Counted from the first letter of the stretch, positions 1-8,584 are shown. The stretch: 21,128 bases of DNA from an uncultured bacterium (GCA_963977445.1 CAXBPH010000106.1:1-21128), one strand, 5' to 3'. A program made the numbers and translations. The notes: generated by a model from the letters alone, not told the origin.

Positions 1-2
1 CG

Positions 3-758
3 GTGGTGGAGCCGGGCGATCTTATTACGCTCATTGGAAACAAAGAGAGCCTGGATCAGATCCAGAAAATGTTTCATGCCCAGGAAGTAAAGCCCCGGCG
101 CATCGCTATCATGGGGGGCGGCACCATCGGGTTGCGCCTCGCCCAGGCCCTCGAGAACAAGATGAAGACCATCAAAATTTTCGAGCGGCACGAGGAGCGC
201 TCGCAGAAACTGGCGGCGAAATTAACGAAAGCCAAGGTCGTAAATCGTGACGCCACCTCCCGCGTGGCGCTGGAGCAGGAACATATCGACAGTATGGATA
301 TGTTTATTGCAACAACGGGTGACGACGAGCGCAATATTATGGCGGCTGTCCTTGCCAAAGAAGCGGGTGCCAAATCGGTGGCCGTAATTGTGCACCAGCC
401 CGACTTCGCCCCCCTGGTAAAGCGTCTGGGCATCAATCTCGCCGTAACGCCCCGGGCCTCCATCGCCGACCGCATCCTCAAGATGATGTATCGAGGTGAC
501 GTATCCTCCCTCGCTATTCTGGGTGAGGGTCAGGTTGAAGTCCTGGAACTCAAGGTGGGCGAAGGGTCTCCGGTACTGGGTAAGGAACTTCGTGACGTTC
601 GGATGCCCCGTGGTGCCCTGGTCGGCATTATTCTCCGTGGCGACAAAGTCATCATCCCCAGTGGATATGATGAAATCCATGCGGGTGATTCTGTCATTCT
701 AATCGCGGAAGCCAAAGCACTTGATGCGGCGCGCAAAATATTGTTGAAGAAAAAATGA
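3..758 (+). CDS. trkA: Trk system potassium uptake protein TrkA, C-terminal part (5' end lies outside the window)
   Basis: RCK_N Rossmann motif IAIMGGGTIG, DMFIATTGDDERNI, and an RCK_C domain (IILRGDKVIIPSGYDEIHAGD). Its stop overlaps the trkH start (ATGA at 755-758). Confidence 0.93.
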   Translation: MVEPGDLITLIGNKESLDQIQKMFHAQEVKPRRIAIMGGGTIGLRLAQALENKMKTIKIFERHEERSQKLAAKLTKAKVVNRDATSRVALEQEHIDSMDMFIATTGDDERNIMAAVLAKEAGAKSVAVIVHQPDFAPLVKRLGINLAVTPRASIADRILKMMYRGDVSSLAILGEGQVEVLELKVGEGSPVLGKELRDVRMPRGALVGIILRGDKVIIPSGYDEIHAGDSVILIAEAKALDAARKILLKKK

Positions 759-2242
759 ATTATCGCCTGGTCTCCAAATATCTCGGTCATTTTACAATGG
801 CCATGAGCCTGTTAATGATTCCTTCTGCCATGTGGGCCTATGGTCTGGGCGAATGGAACGCCCTCGGGGCCTTCGGCGAGGCCATGGGTATTGCCGTGCT
901 TCTCGGTGGAATTCTCACGGCACTCGGCCACAAAGCGCCGAATCGGATGTTCCAGCGTGAGGGATTGGCCCTCGTGTCTATCGGCTGGCTCCTCGCGGCG
1001 GCCGTGGGGGCGCTCCCCTTTGTCCTAAGCGGTACCTTGACGCCGGTAGAAGCCTATTTTGAGACCATGTCGGGATTAACGACGACCGGGTCTACCGTTT
1101 TGGTGGATATTGAGGCGGTGGATGCCAGCATCCTGTTCTGGCGTTCTTTTACCCACTGGATCGGTGGTATGGGCATCATCGTGTTGTTTATAGCCGTGTT
1201 GCCCTATATGGGCGCAGGTGGAAAGCAACTCTTCAAATCCGAGTCTCCCGGTCCCGATCCCCGCGGCCTGAGTCCCCGTATCAAAGACACCGCCTCGATC
1301 TTGTGGAAGATTTATATGGGGCTGACGGTGGTCCAGACCGTTCTGCTCATGGTAGTGGGAATGAGCTTCTATGACGCCCTCACCCATACCTTCGGCACCT
1401 TGGCCACAGGCGGATTCAGCACACGCAATGCGAGTATCGCTGCCTTCGATAGTGTGTCTATCGAGATTGTCATCATAATTTTCATGGTGCTGGCGGGCAC
1501 CAATTTTGGCCTGTTCTTTGCCATGCTCCAGGGAGACTGGTGGGCCCCTCTGAAAAACACGGAGTGGAAAGCCTTCATTCTGATACTCGCCCTGTCTGCG
1601 ACCTTTATTACCCTCAATCTCATGGGGCTTCAGGGCCGTCTGCCTGAAGATACCCACGCATTGGTGGAGCCCCACTACACTTGGGGCCAGGCCATACGAC
1701 ATTCGACCTTTCTCACCGTTTCCATCATGACCACCACGGGTTTCGGCACGGAGAATTTTGACCTGTGGCCGCCCTTTTCCCGCATGCTCCTCGTATTAAT
1801 TATGTTTGTGGGCGGCTGTGCAGGTTCCACGGGCGGGGGCATCAAGGTTGTTCGCATGATTATTCTCTTCAAAATGGCCTACTGGCGCCTGGAGAGTACC
1901 TTTCGCCCCAAGACTATTCGACCTATCCGTATCAACGGGCAGGTTGTCGATGACGAAGTGCAACGAACGGTCTATGCCTTCTTTGTAATTCACATGTTCA
2001 TCGTGGCCATAGGATGCGCCTTCATGTCGCTTCTGGGGCTCCCCTTTCAGTCGGCGCTCACGTCGGTCATCACCGCACTGAACAATATTGGTCCGGGACT
2101 GGAACTCGTGGGGGCGGCCGAGAACTTTCACTTCGTGCCGACCTCGGGGAAGATCTTCCTGTCCCTGTGCATGGCCATGGGACGGCTCGAGCTTTTCAGC
2201 ATCTGCGTGCTCTTTGTCCCTGCCTTCTGGAAGCATGGCTGA
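755..2242 (+). CDS. trkH: TrkH family potassium uptake permease
   Basis: Polytopic membrane protein with four pore-loop motifs ([35 protein letters not shown]), plus [12 protein letters not shown] and MGRLE. Coupled to trkA. Confidence 0.95.
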   Translation: MNYRLVSKYLGHFTMAMSLLMIPSAMWAYGLGEWNALGAFGEAMGIAVLLGGILTALGHKAPNRMFQREGLALVSIGWLLAAAVGALPFVLSGTLTPVEAYFETMSGLTTTGSTVLVDIEAVDASILFWRSFTHWIGGMGIIVLFIAVLPYMGAGGKQLFKSESPGPDPRGLSPRIKDTASILWKIYMGLTVVQTVLLMVVGMSFYDALTHTFGTLATGGFSTRNASIAAFDSVSIEIVIIIFMVLAGTNFGLFFAMLQGDWWAPLKNTEWKAFILILALSATFITLNLMGLQGRLPEDTHALVEPHYTWGQAIRHSTFLTVSIMTTTGFGTENFDLWPPFSRMLLVLIMFVGGCAGSTGGGIKVVRMIILFKMAYWRLESTFRPKTIRPIRINGQVVDDEVQRTVYAFFVIHMFIVAIGCAFMSLLGLPFQSALTSVITALNNIGPGLELVGAAENFHFVPTSGKIFLSLCMAMGRLELFSICVLFVPAFWKHG

Positions 2243-2288
2243 GGCAGCGATGAGGCGAAATGGGGGCGATGGCCCGGGTATGGGGCCT

Positions 2289-2849
2289 TCAGTCAGCCGC
2301 TTTTTCGACGAGATGCCTGCGCTGGGCATACTCGGCCAACTGAACGCGCAGAATTTTTCGGCCCCGGTAGAGTCGTGACATGACGGTCCCGATGGGGCAA
2401 CCCATGATTTCCGCAATATCTTTGTAGGATTTTTCTTCCAGATCGGCCATGATCACGGCCTGGCGAAAATCTTCGGGCAGGGCCGCCACGGCATGGCGAA
2501 CCTCGTCGTCCAATAACTCCAACATGGCCTCCACGTGACCCAGATCGTCGGCGGCTTTTGGGGTGACGGGCACATCGGCGGCTTCGGTACCGGATAGTTC
2601 GACCTGCAGGGGCAACCGGGAACGGCGACGGTATTCATTGATGAAGGTATTGCGGAGGATGGTGAGGAGCCAGGCCTTGATATAGGTGCCCTCTTTGAAT
2701 TTATCGTGGAACCGGAGGGCTTTTACGACCGCATTCTGGGTCAGATCTTCCGCATCGGCAACGTTGCGGGTAAGATTGAGGGCAACAGCGTAGAGCATGT
2801 CCATCTGTTCCAGGACTTGATCTTCGAACTCTGGTGAGCGTTGCGCCAA
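2289..2849 (-). CDS. ECF-type sigma-70 factor (SigR/SigH-like)
   Basis: Region 2 DAEDLTQ...KAWLLTILRNTFIN and region 4 LPEDFRQAVIM...SYKDIAEIMGCPIGTVMSRLYRGR. TTG start with a weak RBS, so the start position is uncertain. Confidence 0.92.
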   Translation of the reverse strand: MAQRSPEFEDQVLEQMDMLYAVALNLTRNVADAEDLTQNAVVKALRFHDKFKEGTYIKAWLLTILRNTFINEYRRRSRLPLQVELSGTEAADVPVTPKAADDLGHVEAMLELLDDEVRHAVAALPEDFRQAVIMADLEEKSYKDIAEIMGCPIGTVMSRLYRGRKILRVQLAEYAQRRHLVEKAAD

Positions 2850-2909
2850 AAGAAAATTCCACGGATTTTAGAAGTTACAAGCATGAACGACAGGAAACGT
2901 CGGCTTTTT

Positions 2910-3035
2910 AAAGAAAAACCACCGGGCCCCGTTCAATCCGAGCCTCGTGGGGCGTCTTCATCCTGAAGGTCGGGGCTACCGGCCTCTCGTCCCCAACGTA
3001 CGCCCGACAACGATAGAGAATCCCAAACTACTATC
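2910..3035 (-). ncRNA. Candidate structured RNA (5' leader, attenuator or sRNA) upstream of the ECF sigma gene; family not recognised
   Basis: Begins just downstream of a sigma70-like promoter. Helices GGGCGU/ACGCCC, GUUGGGG/CCCCGAC and CUUCA-GGA-UGAAG form a three-way junction. An alternative stem, GCCGG(UA)GCCCCG/CGGGGCCCGGU, is followed by GGUUUUUCUUU. Confidence 0.55.
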
Positions 3036-3041
3036 TGGCCG

Positions 3042-3071
3042 ATGGTAACAAGGACACTGTTGACAAGTCAA
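3042..3071 (-). promoter_or_regulatory. Sigma70-type promoter driving the candidate RNA and ECF sigma transcript
   Basis: Minus strand reads TTGACT (3071-3066), an 18-bp spacer ending TGT, then TACCAT (3047-3042), i.e. -35 plus extended -10. Confidence 0.6.
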
Positions 3072-3184
3072 TGAAATACACCCGCTCATGACCGGTATGC
3101 GGGGCATCTGCCTGGGAGTCTGACGGCACCCGAATGACGCAATCATGGGAGATCCTGCGCGGTCGGACCTGAATCGAGAGGGCC

Positions 3185-5245
3185 CTACAGCGCCAGGTCA
3201 CTAAACGTCATGATTCGGGAGCGCAACACATCCCAACGCCCGTCGGAGAGGGCCGGATCCCGCTCCAGGGCCTGGGCTGCGCATTGACGGGCGCGATTGA
3301 GCAATCGACTATCCTGAATCCAGGATGTGGCATGGCCATCGTCGAAACCGGATTGCTTGAAACCACTGACTTCGCCGGGCCCACGAAGTTTCAGGTCGGC
3401 TTCGGCGAGGTCAAATCCGCTGTCCATCTCGCAGAATATACGCAGTCGTTCTTTGCCTTCGGGCGTTCCCGGTTTACCAAGGAGGAAACAATAGGATTGA
3501 TCGGAGCCCCGACCGACCCGACCACGTAGCTGGTGGAGCTGGGTCAGCCCAAACTGATCGGCATTTTCAATGACCATAATGGTCGCCTTGGGCACGTCGA
3601 TGCCCACTTCAATCACCGTGGTGCTGAAAAGAATATCAATCTCGCCGGCCATAAACTGGACCATGGCCGCATCTTTTTCGCTGGCATCCATCCGCCCGTG
3701 GAGTAGGGCCGTGCGGACCGCTGCCAGGATGCCGTTGGAAAGCTCTTCATAGTGGTCTTCGACGGCGGTGGAGGCCTGACGGACCTCGGAGGCTTCGACG
3801 AGAGGGCACACAATGTAGCTCTGGAATCCCTTGGCCGCCTGCTCCTTGAGATAGGTATAGCACCCTTCCACCTTGGCCTCGGGAACGACGCGGGTCTTAA
3901 TGGGCTTACGCCCGGGTGGCAACATATCAATGATGGACAAATCCATACCGCCATAGAGCGTCATGGTCAATGAACGGGGTATGGGAGTGGCGGTCATATG
4001 GAGCACATCGGGATCGGCTCCTTTGGCCGTGAGGGCGGCACGCTGGGCGACGCCAAAGCGATGTTGTTCATCCACCACCACAAGTCCCAGACGGGCAAAG
4101 GAGGTCTCTCGCTGAAACAGCGCATGGGTACCGACAACGACGTCGACATTTCCGGCGGCAATTTCACGACGAAGCGCGGCGGCCCCACGAACGGAGCCGG
4201 TCAGCAGGGCCAGACGGGTTTTCAGGGGCCCAAAGAGGCGGGTGAAGGCCTTAAGCTGCTGCTCTGCGAGTAATTCCGTAGGGGCCATGAAGGCCACCTG
4301 ATAGCCACCATCGAGGGCGGCGGCGATGGCATGGGCCGCGACAATGGTCTTCCCACACCCCACGTCTCCTTGCAGCAATCGGGCCATGGGACGGGGCGTC
4401 CCCATATCTTTGAGAATTTCGGCGGTGGCCCTGTCCTGGGCTTCGGTGAGCGTAAAGGGCAGCTCGCCATCGAGTTTTTTCAGCAACGTGCCGTTTATCG
4501 TATGGGTGATCCCCGGGCGGGCCTTGCGGTGGGAACGTTTGTAGAGCACCCCCAACTGAATCGTGAGAATCTGCTCAAAGGACAGTCGTGCCTTGGCTGC
4601 CTCGGCGGCTTCGGGTGTCTCGGGAAAATGGAGCTGATGTATGGTTTCCGTGAGCGGTGCCAAGCCTTCGGCCTGACGCACCTCTTCCGGCAGAGACTCG
4701 GGCAGGGCCCCATCAATGAGTTGGATGGCATCTGTTATAAGATTTCGCAGGAGCCGCTGGGTAATCTGTTCGGTCAAGGGGTAAAGGGGCACGATACGCC
4801 CGGTGTGCTGGCTCTCCCCCTCCCCTGCTTCAGCGACTTCGTATTCCGGGCCCTTCAGGGCCAGGCCCTGGTAGGTCTCGGCCACGCCATGAAATATCGC
4901 CGAAACACCGGGGCGCAAGGTCGAGGTGGCGAGGTAGCCCCGCCCGAAAAAGGTTGCTCGCAGGGTTCCGGTGCCATCGGTCAGGGTGAGAATTGCCATG
5001 GTATTCCGGCCGCGCATGCGAAGATTTTTTGCCGTTTCCACGGTCGCCTGGATGGTGACAAGTTCCCCTTCACGGACTTCTGCGATGGGGGTCAGGTGGC
5101 GTCGATCCTGATAGCTCCGGGGAAAGTGGTAAAGAAGGTCGCGGACGGATTGGATACCCAATAGGGCCAATTGCTGGCACCGCTTCGGTCCCACGCCGGA
5201 GAGCACGGAAACGGGACTGTTCAGGGTAGGGGGCGTTGGGGACAT
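3185..5245 (-). CDS. recG: ATP-dependent DNA helicase RecG
   Basis: GVGPKR...DLLYHFPRSYQD N-terminus, wedge domain, QGDVGCGKT, DEQHRFG, MTATPIPRSL, QLRGRVGRG, and TRG motif GFDLAEADLKLRGPGE. Confidence 0.97.
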   Translation of the reverse strand: MSPTPPTLNSPVSVLSGVGPKRCQQLALLGIQSVRDLLYHFPRSYQDRRHLTPIAEVREGELVTIQATVETAKNLRMRGRNTMAILTLTDGTGTLRATFFGRGYLATSTLRPGVSAIFHGVAETYQGLALKGPEYEVAEAGEGESQHTGRIVPLYPLTEQITQRLLRNLITDAIQLIDGALPESLPEEVRQAEGLAPLTETIHQLHFPETPEAAEAAKARLSFEQILTIQLGVLYKRSHRKARPGITHTINGTLLKKLDGELPFTLTEAQDRATAEILKDMGTPRPMARLLQGDVGCGKTIVAAHAIAAALDGGYQVAFMAPTELLAEQQLKAFTRLFGPLKTRLALLTGSVRGAAALRREIAAGNVDVVVGTHALFQRETSFARLGLVVVDEQHRFGVAQRAALTAKGADPDVLHMTATPIPRSLTMTLYGGMDLSIIDMLPPGRKPIKTRVVPEAKVEGCYTYLKEQAAKGFQSYIVCPLVEASEVRQASTAVEDHYEELSNGILAAVRTALLHGRMDASEKDAAMVQFMAGEIDILFSTTVIEVGIDVPKATIMVIENADQFGLTQLHQLRGRVGRGSDQSYCFLLGKPGTPEGKERLRIFCEMDSGFDLAEADLKLRGPGEVSGFKQSGFDDGHATSWIQDSRLLNRARQCAAQALERDPALSDGRWDVLRSRIMTFSDLAL

Positions 5246-5448
5246 AGTGTTCGATCGGCTCAGTTCTATTGGGATACACAGACGTTAAAGAACCATACCG
5301 AGGGTGTAGCACATTTCGCAAGTTCGGGAGGGAGAATCCGCCTGGCCTGCGCCGGTCCGCAGGAAGCAAAACACGGATTCGCGATGCTTTGGAAGAGGAA
5401 GGTACAATGTGGCCTTTCCTGTCTCCCAACCTATTTCATCTGGACCCT

Positions 5449-7128
5449 ATGAACTTGTCAGCCTTCCCCGTCACCGAATTTCGCCGTCTTGCACAGCGAT
5501 TCGTCCAAATCGTGGCCATCCTGCTCTTCGCCCCCCTCGCGTGGTCTCATCCGCTGGGTGACTTTTCCATCAATCAATATTTCATCCTGGATGGTTCCGG
5601 ACCGACCGTCCAAATCCATTACCTGTTGGATGTGGCGGAGATTCCGTCCTTCAACGAATTGGACCTGCTGGATACCAATTTTGACAGCGAAATCAGTCAG
5701 ACGGAAGTCGATGTCTACCTGGCGCAGCGGATTACCCAGCTTGTGGAACATCTGCACCTCCGGGCCGATGGCGAGGAATTGGAGCTCACCGTCCTACGAC
5801 ATAAACTCGTATTGCTGCAGGGCAATGCGGGCATGGTGGTCTTCAACATACGGATCGATCTGGACGTTCAGGATTTGAGCTGGCCCCCGGCAACTCCGCT
5901 CACCTTGGAACTGAGTTCGGAAAATTACCCCCAGGAACAGGGCACACGGGAATGTCTGCTTCTACCCGGTGCCCAACTGACAGATGCAACGCCCGCGCCT
6001 ATTGATTCCCAGGAGCGCATGGTCCTGGAGGGCCTCCCCACCGTGTATGCCAATACCCAGGCCTCCTTTTCCATCTCCCTTAACCCCGGCGCCAATACGG
6101 GGGCATCGGAAGTCCCGGATACCTTCAGCGATTTCGCCTGGACCTCCACGGCGCGTCTCGCACGAGAACAGGGCGAGGTAAGCGGCGCTGAGGGTGCTGC
6201 CCAGGCCATGATCGGGCCTGACGTAGCCAATGAGAACGCCTCCGGCCCCGGTAAACCCCTCCTTTCCATTTCGAAAGACCTTTCCGAAGAAAACTTTGGC
6301 ACGGGCGTGCGGGAAGCTCCCGACACGGCGACCAATCGCTTGATGAATCGAATTTCAGCCATCATTCGGGACCCCGCCCTGCCGATGCCCATATTCATTG
6401 TGGGGCTATTTATTGCCATGGTGCTGGGCATGGGGCACGCCCTCTCCCCCGGTCACGGAAAAACGGTCATGGCGGCCTATCTTATCGGGGAAAAGGGCAC
6501 CGTCTGGCATGCCTGTATTCTTGGCGTGGTTGTCACGATTACCCACACCTGGAGCGTGATCTTTCTGGGGCTTGTCACACTCTATTTCGAAGGCATTCTT
6601 TCGGAAGAGCAGGTCAATTTCTGGACGGGTATCCTGTCGGGCCTCATCATTGTGGCTATTGGCATTGTCTTGTTTCGGAGACGCTACCACTATTTTCTTG
6701 CCACAGCCCAGGGGCGACCCGGTGACTGGCGTTTCTTCCATGGCCACGAACACGGTCCAGAGGATACGGCGGTAACGGTTATTGAGGAGGGTAAAACGCC
6801 GTCCTATCGAAATATATTGTGGCTCGGTGTTTCCGGCGGTGTCGTGCCCTGTCCTGCAGCCCTCATCGTGCTCTTGCTCGCCCTCAAAGTGGGCCGGCTG
6901 GCCTATGGCGTGGGACTACTCCTTGCCTTCAGCCTGGGCCTGGCCATCGTACTGGTGTTCATTGGTATACTGGTGGTTCGCGCTTCCCGGTTGATACGGA
7001 CGACCTCCCTTCAGGAGTCCGGCTGGCTGCAAATCCTTCCGCTGGGCTCTGCGGCCCTGATCACCGTGTTGGGCGCTTGGGTCGTGGTGTGGACCTTGCT
7101 CCAATTCCAGGTGATCCACTTCGCATAA
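5449..7128 (+). CDS. HoxN/RcnA-type nickel/cobalt transporter with a large exported N-terminal domain
   Basis: Signal-like N-terminus then HPLGDFSINQY. Membrane part has GMGHALSPGHGKTVMAAYL, VTITHT, a His loop HGHEHG and GVVPCPAAL. Start moved from 5269 to ATG 5449; ATG 5407 is an alternative. Confidence 0.85.
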   Translation: MNLSAFPVTEFRRLAQRFVQIVAILLFAPLAWSHPLGDFSINQYFILDGSGPTVQIHYLLDVAEIPSFNELDLLDTNFDSEISQTEVDVYLAQRITQLVEHLHLRADGEELELTVLRHKLVLLQGNAGMVVFNIRIDLDVQDLSWPPATPLTLELSSENYPQEQGTRECLLLPGAQLTDATPAPIDSQERMVLEGLPTVYANTQASFSISLNPGANTGASEVPDTFSDFAWTSTARLAREQGEVSGAEGAAQAMIGPDVANENASGPGKPLLSISKDLSEENFGTGVREAPDTATNRLMNRISAIIRDPALPMPIFIVGLFIAMVLGMGHALSPGHGKTVMAAYLIGEKGTVWHACILGVVVTITHTWSVIFLGLVTLYFEGILSEEQVNFWTGILSGLIIVAIGIVLFRRRYHYFLATAQGRPGDWRFFHGHEHGPEDTAVTVIEEGKTPSYRNILWLGVSGGVVPCPAALIVLLLALKVGRLAYGVGLLLAFSLGLAIVLVFIGILVVRASRLIRTTSLQESGWLQILPLGSAALITVLGAWVVVWTLLQFQVIHFA

Positions 7129-7559
7129 GGCCCCAGGGTAAACCGGGAACTATATTCGGGTATTCTCTTTACAGAATTTCGATTCCCTGTTAGACTAAGA
7201 ACAGCTTGGGAATGAGAGAATTATCTACGTTTCTACTTTTGCGTCGCCAGAATACGACCGGTAGAAGTTTCGATGCGTTGAATATCCGTCAACGTGTGGC
7301 CCTGCGAGTCGGATCAGCTAACAACTAGACGGCCCCTGCCCATCATTTTTTTATGGCCCCAATGCTTCGCAGGATGCTTGTACCGTTTTGGGCGCGTATT
7401 CCAGGACGCGCGTATGGGATAACCTTGCGGACATTTCGTTCAGACCTGTCTGCCGTATTATCGTTTGATTTTATTGAGAGGTACTAACACACTCCACACG
7501 AAGGAATCGTATAGTTAAAATCTTGAATCGCCTCAAACAACGGCGGAGGACAGAACGTC

Positions 7560-8459
7560 ATGATTACCCAATCTTGTATGCTCATTTTCATGCTCTTGGC
7601 AGAAGTATCCGCATTGCCCGCTGGCCTTTCTCTTGGCCTGGAAGTAAACACGCCCAGCCCCTATTACCCGGAGCTACCCATTATCCTCGCTGTTACGTTG
7701 ACCAACACGGGAAGTGAAGCAGCCACCATACCTGTCCCAACACTGAGTTGCCGAAACAACCCAAACCACACACTGGAAATCCTGGTCGGCGATGAAGAAG
7801 CGTCGCTCCAGCCCGTTTCGTGCGTCGTCCCCAGCTTCTCTCCCCTACCGGAATCGATTACACCAGCCCCCCCCGAAACGAGTGAACTGGGTCCAGGAGA
7901 ATCGTGGACTACGGAACTCGTACTCAGCCATGATTGGCGAAAAGACCAGATACGTTCCCTCACGAGCGGGGAAGCCCTCCATGTTCGCGCTGCTTTGTGC
8001 AATGTAAACGATGCCGGTGCGGTGGATCGGGAAGACCGCGTCGAGAGCAACGGGCTGCAACTTACTATTTCAGCGCCGACAGGACTTTCTGCGTCGGGCC
8101 TCGGAAAGCTACTACGGACCCAACGCCCCTGGCTTGTCGCCCACCCCGCTGCCGTCGCCTATGTGGCTCAGGAGAGTGACTTTCGGGCCTTCCAGGATTT
8201 AGCACGCATGTCGACGGAAAGCGTCTACACGCCCTATGCGGCGGTCGTCGTGGCCTATATGCTGGCCCAGGGTAACGCCCTTGACCGCAATGGTGACCGT
8301 CAACCCCAGCCGCGCATCGCAGAATTATGGCTGAAGCAGTGCCTGCAAGCAACGGATTCCGTTCGACTGCTCCCCGACTGGATAGCCCTGGCCGAGCATC
8401 TGGACGCGTCGGTCATCCCCGTCGAGACGGAACCGACGGAAGAGCAGGATCCTGCCTGA
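7560..8459 (+). CDS. Hypothetical secreted protein (beta-sandwich-like N-half, helical C-half)
   Basis: GGAGG RBS before ATG 7560, hydrophobic signal-like N-terminus, 299-aa open frame. VTLTNTG...LGPGESW pattern resembles Ig-like domains. Confidence 0.75.
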   Translation: MITQSCMLIFMLLAEVSALPAGLSLGLEVNTPSPYYPELPIILAVTLTNTGSEAATIPVPTLSCRNNPNHTLEILVGDEEASLQPVSCVVPSFSPLPESITPAPPETSELGPGESWTTELVLSHDWRKDQIRSLTSGEALHVRAALCNVNDAGAVDREDRVESNGLQLTISAPTGLSASGLGKLLRTQRPWLVAHPAAVAYVAQESDFRAFQDLARMSTESVYTPYAAVVVAYMLAQGNALDRNGDRQPQPRIAELWLKQCLQATDSVRLLPDWIALAEHLDASVIPVETEPTEEQDPA

Positions 8460-8461
8460 GA

Positions 8462-8517
8462 AAGAATCAAAACACGGACAAGTTCTTGCGAACTTGTCCG
8501 TGCTACAGTTGATTCTT
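8462..8517. repeat. Palindromic REP-like element and possible bidirectional terminator between convergent genes
   Basis: Perfect 13-bp inverted repeat CACGGACAAGTTC (8473-8485) / GAACTTGTCCGTG (8490-8502), with outer arms AAGAATCAA/TTGATTCTT. A related copy lies at 21018-21053. Confidence 0.75.
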
Positions 8518-8584
8518 ATTTTGGGCCTGCCTGGTGGGCAAATCCTGGTGTAGCCATCGCGCTCAATGGGCCGGGCGTAATAGA

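Noticed and set aside
2921..2946. Resemblance of AGGCUCGG...AACGGGGCCC to the 3' half of the SAH riboswitch
   Set aside because: The required 5' half (CCGAGGRGCGCUGC) is absent and the downstream gene is not in SAH recycling.
2908..2961. 17-aa minus-strand ORF MKTPHEARIERGPVVFL inside the candidate RNA (possible leader peptide)
   Set aside because: No properly spaced RBS (the ATG directly follows AGG within a hairpin) and no regulatory codon run. Not excluded, but unsupported.
5354..5368. GGTCCGCAGGAAGCA resembling SRP RNA helix 8
   Set aside because: Lacks the CAGG, GNRA tetraloop and AGCAG elements and the long flanking helix. Better explained as a small CCTGCG/CGCAGG hairpin in the divergent promoter region.
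5269..5448. N-terminal extension of the Ni/Co transporter ORF as given in the ORF track
   Set aside because: It would bury the signal peptide and leave only 23 bp for two divergent promoters.
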